NCBI GenBank assembly: GCA_910592345.1
Contig: CAJVPI010000052.1
Span: forward strand, 46,863 to 66,862
DNA: 20,000 bases
Origin: Paraglomus brasilianum
Lineage: Eukaryota
Direction of reading: 5' to 3'
Below are positions 10,445-20,000 of this stretch, in pieces. Made by a program: the position numbers and the translations under genes. Position 1 is the stretch's first letter; every line of letters begins with the position of its first letter. The notes beneath the pieces were generated by a model. It did no database searches. It saw nothing but the letters and a program-made list of their open reading frames with translations, and was not told the origin of the DNA.

Positions 10445-13003
10445 ATGACAGACTCTGACGTCGAAGAAGAAGAACTCTACTTGAGCTGGGCATTGCTTAT
10501 ACTGACTACTTTACTTATTGGTGCACTATGGACGAGTTATTATTTACAGATCAGGAGAATAAGAGCCGTTCACGAGACTGTGGTTTCGATTTTTGCTGGT
10601 TCGTTTCTCAAATAGACTGTTATTTGGTGAGAGAATTGATATCTTGTGACAAAAGACTTACGAATTATTTTGACGATACAGGGATGTTTGTGGGGCTAAT
10701 AATTCGAGTTTCGCCTGGGTTTATAATTCAGAATATGGTTACTTTTAAGCCTGCATATTTCTTCAACTTGCTATTACCTCCGATCATATTAAACTCGGGA
10801 TATGAGCTTAAACAGGTAGGAATTATTCTTTTATTTGTCAAGCAAACGTTTCTCATATTTTCTCTAATCGAGGTTCTACGAATTTTACTAGTCCAATTTC
10901 TTTAGGAACTTTGGCACTATCCTCATTTTTGCCTTCTTTGGAACCATCATATCCGCCTTGGTGCTTGGGTTAGTTTTTGTTGTTTTATTTTTCTTTCTTT
11001 TGCGCTTTTACGCATGTGATCGCTGGTAGTGCTGTTCAAATTAATCATTACGCGTGTTCGTATTGAGTAGATTACTCGTCGGATTCTTGGGCTTATTGGG
11101 AATTGTGTCCATATCATTTTTGGAAGCAATGATATTTGGTTCAATTCTTTCGGCAACTGACGCGGTCACTGTTCTTGCAATATTCCAAACACTTAAAGTT
11201 GATCCTAAGTTGTATTCAATTATATTTGGCGAGAGCATACTTAACGATGCTGTTGCCATCGTTTTATACGAGTAAGTACCATTCTGAATGTGTATGTATG
11301 TATTTATGGTATTGCTGTTGTTGCACCTACATTTTTGGATATTTCAAATTCTGTTATAGAACATTGAAACAATTCCATGGTCAAGATTTACATTTATCCA
11401 ACATAGCGCGTGGTATCGGAGTGTTCTGTGGCGTGTTTACTGCATCCTGGATCATTGGTGTTGGTGCTGGACTTCTCTGTGCTTTGATATCCTTTACTAT
11501 GCCGCATGTTTTACAACTGTGCAAATATTAACATATAAATAACCAACTCTTTTCATGATGGGGTTGTCCAGTCTTGGTTTAAACTTAACTCATTCATCGC
11601 ACATGTTAAAGCATTCAGGTCTTTATCGATTTCCGTCTATCGAGTCATGTTTGATAAGCTTAATAGCTTACAGCTCTTACCTCTTTTCAAATGCTTGTCA
11701 GATATCAGGTTAGTTTGTTGTTTTTTTTATGGCATTCATCTATTCGGTCGTTTATCGACGGGTTACTTACTCCTTATGTGTATAATAGGCATTGTCTCGC
11801 TTTTATTTTGTGGAATAACGTTGAAGCACTACGCCTATAACAATATGTCATTACAAACTAAGAGAACTACAAAATATATGTTTCACGTGTTGGCGCAGTT
11901 ATCGGAAAACTTCATCTTTGTATATTTGGGTATTACTCTATTTACCGCCACTGATCTCGATTATCATCCCTTATTCATATTGTTCACATCTGTAAGTATA
12001 TTAATTTGAGAAGGTTACATAGTTGCCAAACTATGAAGTTCTGTTGTTATGTTGTTGCCTTTATGATATTGTTGCCTTTACTGATCGCGCCAATTCTCGG
12101 TTTTAGGTGTTCATCTGTGTCTCCAGATATTGCTCAGTATTTTCAATATCCAAATTGCTGAATACGATGGCAGCATATAGGGGCCAGGAAGAACGGCTGA
12201 CTCGATCGCATCAAGTGATGTTGTTCTGGGCAGGATTGCGTGGTGCAGTAGCCTTTGCTCTGACAGCGGGATTGACTGGTCCACATGTGCCTGCAATACG
12301 TACAACCATTCTAGTGGTAGTTGTGCTGAGTGTTATAATATTTGGAGGGATGACTAGTCGAATGTTGGAAATACTGAAAATAAGTGTTGGAGTAGAAGAA
12401 GACGAAAGCAGCGGAGACAGCGAGGATGACGACAGATTTGACAGGGGTAACTTTCGAGAAAGACACAGGGACGATTTTTCTTATAGGACGGAAAGATTCT
12501 ATGAGCATCACCAACATTCTCATTCACAGAATTCAATTATTTCAATAGAGAGTAATTCAAACGATGAATTATTGCCGGCTCACCAATCACCTACTACGGC
12601 TGCCACGGCCGCTGACAAAACCCACTGGTTTATGTCTTTTGATGATCGATTTCTCAAACCTATATTCTGTCGATCCAGCAGAGTGAACAATTCTCCATCC
12701 CGGGAACGATGGAGAAACGAAAATTTAAGAAGGCAAGATGCCGAGCCGGACAATTTTGTTGGAACGATTAATTCATCACGATCGTCAGTTTCTCCACCGA
12801 ATAGAATGGATAGTAATAGAACCCCCGTGTCAAAACGTGAGAACAATACTCATCGTAGCACGTTTAGCGTAGACCAGAATGTTCAATTAGAGGATCTAAA
12901 TCTGGATTCCAATAGTCCAGGCGTCATTCGGAGTTTTATCGATTCAAACATAGAATCGGACAACAGTGTTGAAGAACAATCTTTATTGGATTTATCTAAA
13001 TGA
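10445..13003 (+). CDS. NHX1: Endosomal/vacuolar Na+(K+)/H+ exchanger (CPA1, Nhx1/NHE6-9 clade), ~632 aa
   Basis: Exons 10445-10598, 10682-10815, 10892-10968, 11071-11271, 11360-11486, 11603-11708, 11789-11991, 12107-13003 total 1899 nt in one frame. Motifs [60 protein letters not shown]. Confidence 0.95.
11487..11602 (+). other. U12-type AT-AC intron in NHX1
   Basis: Begins ATATCCTTT, branch CTTAAC at 11584-11589, ends AC at 11601-11602. Phase-0 removal gives [22 protein letters not shown]. Confidence 0.93.
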
Positions 13004-14243
13004 GAAAAACTAGAGAAATGAATATTTTATGGAATGGACTTTAAGCCGGATGGCAATTGTAATGATTGTAGCATGAGACATGGCTACGTGTATCTATTTT
13101 ATGTTTCAATGTTTCAATAATATCATAATTGTATCCGAAAACAAATAAACAAATGGATTCCTTCCCCTTGCTTGTAAACATATCTTCATATCCTTCGTCA
13201 TTTGCGTAGTAAGATTGTTTCTGTCTGTAGTCTCCTCGGTGATAAGTGCAAGCTGATGCTCGCAATTGAATTGTCAGTAGTCTTGCGACAGTCTTTAACG
13301 TTAATTCAAGAATAGGATAGCAGGGTGGTATTGAATGCTGAGTAGACAGTTTACAAAAACCCCCAAGCTTTGTGATTGGTGAAACACTCGGATGGATAAA
13401 ACTACGGTTACTAGTATAACGAGAAGAGAAAAATGTATATCACCACGGTTGTTATGGATCTCTTGTCTGCTAGGCCTTTATGGTAACAATATCGTGCATT
13501 AGTCAGTAAATTTGAATATTAAAGGCAATAATGTACAATTGACTACGTTTCTAAACCATATACATAAGGATAATCTTATTTCTGAGTGAAAATGAGCCGT
13601 AGAAATTTCAGCTGAAAGCACTCAGATTCCTACTTTCATACTAGTTCGGCATGCCAGGATAAAATTTGTGACCCTATGGTGTTATGTAACATGTGATAAA
13701 TAAAGGCACCACAATATTCTTGTCAGAAGTACCAGGGACTTCTACCTTGAAAGAAAAAAGGATCAAAGGTCTTATACGTGTCCAAGATATTAGGAAGTAG
13801 AATCATATCAGCATCATCCCGGAAACCCAAAGAACAAGAAGCTTAAAATTATGAATGTTTCCGGAAAGAAGAAGCTAACCTCATGGCTAGCCAAAATACT
13901 GGATACAACCTTTCTGATTTCAACGGACGAATAAGCCGGAATTAGAAGGTCGCGACCGAATCCTAACACCCGATGACACGTACATAACATTTCATATAAT
14001 GTGGTGATATTTACACTGTTTCATCATTAAGATAAATAGAATTATTTATCATTGTATGGAAATGGCACTTGTGATCTTAAATTTAATAATACATGTATAT
14101 ATAAAACCAGTGTATGCTGCTTCATACTGTCCATAATAACGTTCTCGACAATGAGTTCAGCGCTTAACGGTAATTGGCGACTCGTGCAGTAGCTTTGCTG
14201 GCTTTGAGACGAATGCTTGTGTGGTGATACCACTTTCGAGTGA

Positions 14244-15352
14244 TTAAGCAAATTCTTGAGCCTTTCCGATCTAAACAAATCAATAATAAATTACTATCGA
14301 TGTACTGTAACGGTTTTTGAAAAGCATCATTTTCGTTTGCCTCCTTGTTAACCGTTTAGTGTAATAAGCTTCTTTTGTTTTTTATGTGATCCCATATGAA
14401 ATTGCTTGTGTTAAGAATTATATTCACTTACCATCAATAACCCAACGATCAATCCGAATAAGCCTAAGACACTTCCAAAGATTTCCACAACCAAAATCTT
14501 TACAAATAGAGCTGCATCCTGAGCATCAGCCAATGCAGCCGAAGAACCAGTGATACCCACAGCAATACCACAGAATAAGTTGCAGAATCCGACAGTTACT
14601 CCTGCCCAAAATAATGAATACCCTGTTTCGCAAGATCGTCATTAATAAACTGTTTTAAAATCGTAAACAACATAAGCTGTCAACAAGTAATGTACCAGTA
14701 AATCGATTTGAAACGCGATCAAGTTCAGCATCCGTTATATACTGCAGCTTGGCAGAAAACACTATCGCCATAATGACACCATAAATTGCCACCACTTCAC
14801 AAAAAATGATGCTGTTTCGATTAGATATAAATAAGAACGAAAAAGATCAGTTGGTAACCATTACATTGTAAATGATATAACCACTATCATTTGATCTTCA
14901 ATATAATACCGCTCACCTGATGAGATTTTTCGTCCTGATACGTGGAGCCTTGACGGCTGCACCAAGAATACTTGACCCCGTGATAAATATTCCCCTGTGG
15001 ATGACAATCCGGAATGAGTGTTAACAATTTAATCACCATTGAATAAATTGTTGGCTCGTTACGCTTTTAATATCTTAACGTCACGAATAGAATCGTAATT
15101 ATGCAATTTTGATACTCTTTAATATTCACATAATTTAGTTCTTTGCCACATCTCTATTCGCACTCACCAGCCAGCTCCAACAACGCTAAGCCCAATCGCA
15201 ATCGCTATGCCTGTCAAAGCCCACCAGTATGGGCTTATCAAGTCGAACCATAAGCCTACGCGCAGGTTACCCGTTATCAGCAATATAAAGAAAATTATTA
15301 CAAATATTGTAATAAATGATGAAAGTGTATATCTCAAACAACTGACTACCAT
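14244..15352 (-). CDS. VMA16: V-type proton ATPase proteolipid subunit c'' (~198 aa)
   Basis: Exons 15352-15168, 14994-14917, 14811-14696, 14622-14432, 14270-14244. Motifs [45 protein letters not shown] and [23 protein letters not shown]. Confidence 0.96.
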
Positions 15353-15946
15353 TATGTTATTCAAATGTGGAGAGAGAAGTGCCGACCAACTCTCTAATTT
15401 ACTGATTGCATATTATGATAATCGGTAACACGTCACGTGCCAATTATACATGCTATTTTGATAGTGACTCTTGTTACTTTTTTCCCTTCTCGTGTAGTGG
15501 GGGGAATATGCTTGATTGATCATAGTCTAGAGCGTAGTGTATGTAATACACAGTAGATATTATGGAGTCCACAATATATATTGCGTAGTTTCGTTCGATA
15601 TAGCGGGGGATAACAAATAGAGAGAAGAAAGGAAAAACCAGATGATATGGATCTCTCACAGTCTAGGGATAGAAGTAGCCAAGAAACTCCAACAAACGTG
15701 TTTCCTTGACTGGGGCAAAGTATGTGATTGATAAATAATAATAAATCAAGGGACTTGGATTACTAGTTATAAAAAATAAATAGGAATAAATGATAGATGA
15801 GGAAGTGGTCAAGTTTGTAAGTGGCGAAGAAGCTCAAGAGCAGAGAAGAATGAAGAGTCAAAATCCTTGGCAAAATGATCTCTTGGGGGACTGATTTTGT
15901 AACTATGAAAATGTTGAACAGTTTAAAGCATCAAATTGTTCGAAAA

Positions 15947-15990
15947 CAACAGCAGTCTAGCAACAGCAGTCTAGCAACAGCAGTCTAGCA
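15947..15990. repeat. Perfect tandem repeat, 3 x CAACAGCAGTCTAG
   Basis: Units at 15947-15960, 15961-15974 and 15975-15988, at the transition into the AT-rich region. Confidence 0.95.
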
Positions 15991-16552
15991 TTATTAATAC
16001 TTTCAAACCAATAAAATCGATTGATAAGTTGACGCTAATTAATTAATCTGTTTAATTAACTTTAAGTTATTATTATGCTTGATCACTTTAATCGATTGAC
16101 TTACACTATAAACGAGATATCCACAAAAACTGTTAATATTATCATGTGATACACACCATAGCGAAGATTTTTTGTGTCCACTATGAAGAGGGTATTGTGT
16201 ACATCACATTAATATGTCCCACCATCTAAACGTTGTAAACGATGTTGCTATGCTATGGTGAATGGAATGCGCTCAACAAGAATGTATATAATTGAAAGGT
16301 TGCCGCTACTGATTAGGTAACGGAATACAAGTGAAGCACCTGAATTGAAACAATCTGATAACGAGACAATAGAAATTGAAAGTTTTGTTAACAAAGCTTA
16401 TCTGAAACACTTAAGGAATAATGATTATGGCTATTCTGGTTAAATATTGTTTAGCATTTCTATTGTCTGTTGGTTATAAAAGAATGCTTGAAATCTTGAA
16501 TTTCATTTGAGAAATCGAATATCTCCAAACGATGAAATTGATAGATAACTAA

Positions 16553-16682
16553 TATCGAATATTTAAAACGAAAAAAATCAATATAAAAATAATTGTTTAA
16601 AAATTGACAAATCGAGTCGAGGAATCGAATATATACAACGACAAAATCAATATATTAAAACTTTTAAATTTTGACGATCAAT
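16553..16682. repeat. Imperfect ~70-bp tandem duplication upstream of the Mrr-like gene
   Basis: ATCGAATATTTAAAACGAAAAAAATCAATATA...TTGAC at ~16553 versus ATCGAATATATACAACGACAAAATCAATATA...TTGAC at ~16624. Confidence 0.6.
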
Positions 16683-16768
16683 ATCAAGTTAAATTTCTGA
16701 TAAGAAAATTATTATAGGTACTCTCTCAAAAGAATATACAAAGCGGTTTTTTAGACGTAAGGATATCC

Positions 16769-17407
16769 ATGATGAAACAACGTAAAGGACAAAAAGGTAC
16801 TTTTTTTTAAAAAAAAAATTCATAGTTTTTTCTATATTCTTAACATTGTTTTATTTTTTCAGTTTCAAAGATTGAAGCTGGAGATCAGTACGAATATTCA
16901 ATCCTTAAGTTATTAGTTGATAACAACATTGAATGTAACGCAACTCGAACTAATTATCGTATTAATGGTAAATTTATACCGATTGGTGATGGTTGTATTG
17001 ATTTATTTGGCAATTATAAAGGAATGAATTTTATAATGCAATTGAAATATAAATCAAATGGAAATGTTGATCCTGAAGAAATTCGTGGTTTTAATCACGC
17101 ATTATTGAAACAAGCCGATGAAGTGCAAGGATTTTTTGTAACCACTAATGGATACTCACAACGCGCGCAAAATGAAGTTACTAATTCTAAATCACGAATG
17201 GTTTTATGCACCGATAAAGATATTATTGATTCGGTTTTTTCTACTTTTAAAAAGTTTGAACAAACAAAGCATAATCTAGTTAACAAGTATAGGATTAAAA
17301 ATGTTGAATTAGATGGCGTTAATAATCTTAATTTGTTTGGTATTAAATTTAAGGGTAAATGCAAAATAGGAAGTATTGGTTTTAGTAAACGATTTAATCC
17401 CTATTAA
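16769..17407 (+). CDS. Mrr-like (type IV restriction endonuclease, PD-(D/E)xK fold) protein, ~190 aa, two exons
   Basis: Exon 16769-16796, intron 16797-16862 (GTACTT...CTTAAC...TTTTCAG), exon 16863-17407. Motifs GDQYE, GDGCIDLFG, FIMQLKY, EEIRGF and GFFVTTNGYSQRA match the Mrr catalytic pattern G.xFE / DgGiD / QxK / fvT.sgf...A. Confidence 0.8.
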
Positions 17408-17580
17408 ATCAATAAAGAAATATTATAGCCTCATTGAGGCCTTTCTTCGCGTAAATATAAAATATCAAACAATCAAAACAATTTGTTGATAAATGTGAAT
17501 GTAGTTTCAATGAACCCAATTCCTTTTCTCTTAAAAATTCAGTTGATATTTTCCAGAACCTACGTTAAGTATTCTCACAA

Positions 17581-18930
17581 ATGATCAAAAAGTTACTAAA
17601 TATTAAAGTATTTGACATAGTTGTTGAAAATATTTCAAATAATTATAATAAAGTTTTCGACGCGTTAAATTCGTTATATATACAAAATTATATTTAAATA
17701 TCCTATTAAAGAATATAGTAATAGTAAAACTAATCAAGACCGCGAAAAACTGTCGAACGATTTGACTTTTAATTATCAAAAAGTTGTACGTGAATACAGT
17801 CTCAAATCTTACTAAATGAAATACTCTCAACTACTATTACAGTATTATAAGAATAATAAATTTCATGTCGATATATTGGATATTGAATTGTATGAAGAGA
17901 ACGTTACTAATTAGATTGGAAACGAAGTTTCATAATTTGTATGGCATGTTTCTGGAAGAATTCAATTACCTAGTAACGAAAATATTCTGTCTTTATTACC
18001 AATGAATGATTGCTCAATTCTATATTCGCTGAATCAAGTTAAACTGTTGTTATTATTACAATTTTGCACAATGTATGAAAAATATTAATCCAGATATTAT
18101 CATTGGATTTCGTTATACTGTGGAACCTCCGACCATATGGCCAGGGAGGAAAAATATAGTGCCTGCACTTAGAGAAGCTGCACTTGGGGAGGTCTCGCAG
18201 TATTTGGAAAATTGGAAAAGTTTAATTTATTACGACGGATATCACCGGTCGAGTTTATGAAGTTGAACAGCTTAAAAAGTTTAATGTTTCTGCAAATACA
18301 ATAAAAATAAGTACAACGAAAAAACATTGATACGCGGAGAGAAGTTCATCCTAAAAGAAACAAATCTTGAAGAAAACTTGGTTTTATCACCATTAGAATT
18401 ATTAAAGATGTATCCGAAAATCAAAAAGTTTAATAAACTAGCTAAATTCAATGAAGAACTGTCTCATTATCATCTGAAATGTATAAAATAATCAGTAATT
18501 ATCGAAGTTATCAGATATTGCTTGCGTTTCATTATATGATTCTTATTATTATGCTGGCGACATAACAGTTTGTAGTTTAATTGGCACGTATCTCACAGAA
18601 ATGTCAATGATAAACAATTCTTCAGAAGCTGGGAAATATTCTATTTCCACCAGAAATAGGTCTAAGTAATCAACGTCCTGTTACTGGATTGGATTTCGCT
18701 TCTCCATACCCGAGCCTGGTAATTTATCTCCAGAAAAAAAATTTTTTATTATTAGAAAATGATTTTCAAAAGTACAAATTTTACACAAAATCAACTTCGA
18801 GTTCAATAATAATAATCAAGACGAAAAGGGGATATACGCAGTTCTTCTCTGGGTGAGTGCAATGAGATGAACCGTCAATTGGAAATACTGAAGAAACAAA
18901 AAGAAGAATGGAAGTTGATAAGAAGTGATA
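17581..18930 (+). pseudogene. polB: Fragmented family B DNA polymerase of large-DNA-virus (Asfarviridae/NCLDV-like) type
   Basis: Colinear remnants over shifting frames: NIKVFDIV (~17600), KYPIKEY (~17696), SNDLTFNYQKVVREY (~17753), NQVKLL..F (~18032), NPDIIIGF (18087-18110, Exo II), IKIS (~18301), LLKMYPK (~18400), LSDIACVSLYDSYYYAG (~18508), GKY/FPPEIG (18631-18661), RPVTGLDFASPYPSL (18674-18718, motif A), NLSPEK (18721), LHKINFEFNN (18781), KGIY (18826). Multiple stops, frameshifts and deletions; I did not find motifs B or C. Confidence 0.88.
18118..18200. mobile_element. 83-bp MITE-like insertion (Tc1/mariner-pogo type) inside the polB relic
   Basis: TA|CTGTGGAACCTCC ... GGAGGTCTCGCAG|TA: 13-bp TIRs matching 10/13, TA on both sides, GC-richer than the flanks. 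Confidence 0.6.
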
Positions 18931-19782
18931 TGGTGGAAGTCATCTATACTCGACAATTCACGTGATTTGTTTCAATTTTAATTGACCAATAATATTGTAA
19001 TATGATAAGCAAAAATTAATTAAATCGAAACATGCTTTTCTTCGAAAAGATAATAATAATATATTTAGTTTCGATCTACCAATTTTAACCAATTATATGC
19101 TACTAATATGATTACGTGGTTGAATTAACATAATATAATAATAAGAACTTTAAATCCCTAAAACTTTTCACAAAAAAATCTAATCAAAAATCTGACCGGT
19201 AACTTTGTAGAGCTTGTTATGAAGAACAAAGTTATCAGTCGGATTTTTGATATCTCATCTGTGTAAGAAGTTGAAAGACTTTAAAAATGCTTTATTTTCA
19301 TCACGTGATTGTCGGGTATAGATGACTTGCACCATATTAAAGAGGAGTATAAAAAAATATTGTTTCAGTATTCTTGCGTTCGATTCTCAACAATTGGCAT
19401 TAACGATTTACAAGACTAGTTCCTGAAACGGTGGGTAGTGTGATTCTACTTCATCCCTGCCTAAACTTGGCCACGGCGCCACCCAGAGAGTTCGTATGTG
19501 ACCGCCCTTTGGACAGTAAAATATTAAATTTCTCTATATGTGAACGCGATTTTTTCAACAAAATGTTATTTCGAAACTCGATTATTGGACAAAGATGATA
19601 AACAAACAATAGAAGTCATGACAAACACTTAAAAATGGCGTATTTATTTCCGTATATTTTGGAAAGAAAAAATAGTGATAGTACACACAGTGAAACCCGT
19701 TTTCTGCGAGTCCTATTTCTCTTAGTGCAACTCACGTGATTAAATACGTCTCATTTACAAAATAATGGTATAATAATACATA

Positions 19783-20000
19783 CAGTGAACCCTCCATAAA
19801 TGCACCCTCCATAAATGCACCCTCCATAAATGCACCCTCCATAAATGCACCCTCCATAAATGCACCCTCCATAAATGCACCCTCCATAAATGCACCCTCC
19901 ATAAATGCACCCTCCATAAATGCACCCTCCATAAATGCACCCTCCATAAATGCACCCTCCATAAATGCACCCTCCATAAATGCACCCTCCATAAATGCAC
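19783..20000 (+). mobile_element. Left end of a pogo/Tc1-mariner-like element or MITE (continues beyond the window)
   Basis: TA|CAGTGAACCCTCC, a typical TA+CAGT terminus, runs directly into the tandem array. Confidence 0.55.
19789..20000. repeat. Perfect 15-bp minisatellite (ACCCTCCATAAATGC) x >=14, truncated by the window end
   Basis: Directly visible; produces the spurious MEGAF and HLWRV ORFs. Confidence 0.98.

Noticed and set aside
5339..11602. Functional clustering of LSM2 with U12-intron genes
   Set aside because: Neighbouring genes are functionally unrelated housekeeping genes; no evidence beyond proximity.
13041..14240. ORFs and codon-like stretches between NHX1 and VMA16
   Set aside because: Convergent 3' region; frames are short and unrecognisable.
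17428..17440. GCCTC-ATT-GAGGC hairpin as a viral terminator
   Set aside because: Only a 5-6 bp stem; the nearby AATAAA at 17411 explains a 3' end just as well.
18075..18260. 61-aa ORF as a stand-alone gene
   Set aside because: Chimera of the polB Exo II remnant (NPDIIIGF) and read-through into the MITE.
17581..18930. Host Pol delta/zeta gene or Polinton polymerase
   Set aside because: No intron structure explains the breaks, and the remembered motif context fits viral RNA-primed PolB better; this still needs a phylogeny.
19789..20000. Telomere, CRISPR array, or the repeat proteins MEGAF / HLWRV
   Set aside because: No spacers; the C-rich strand runs toward the right end, the wrong polarity for a telomere there; the ORFs are artefacts of a stop-free 15-bp unit.

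Overview
Eukaryotic, intron-rich fungal DNA; an early-diverging, probably Glomeromycotina-like lineage is my inference from gene content, short introns and retained U12 introns. Bases ~960-15350 hold seven compact spliced genes: a Pro/Thr-rich, Cys-rich single-pass surface protein, a CENP-P/Ctf19-like kinetochore gene with several apparent lesions, LSM2, a peroxisomal cytochrome c peroxidase-like heme peroxidase, ERG27, NHX1 and V-ATPase subunit c'' (VMA16). Two minor-spliceosome (U12-type) introns are visible: a clear AT-AC intron in NHX1 and a GT-AG one in the CENP-P gene. From ~16000 the DNA becomes very AT-rich and looks like a decayed endogenous large-DNA-virus segment. It holds an apparently intact, intron-containing Mrr-like endonuclease gene beside a fragmented family B DNA polymerase (motif A RPVTGLDFASPYPSL...NLSPEK, Asfarviridae/NCLDV-like) that the ORF track almost entirely misses. 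A small TA-flanked MITE interrupts the polymerase. The window ends in a pogo/Tc1-mariner-like terminus whose 15-bp motif is amplified into a tandem array. Exon structures were derived by hand, and family calls come from remembered motifs, not database searches.
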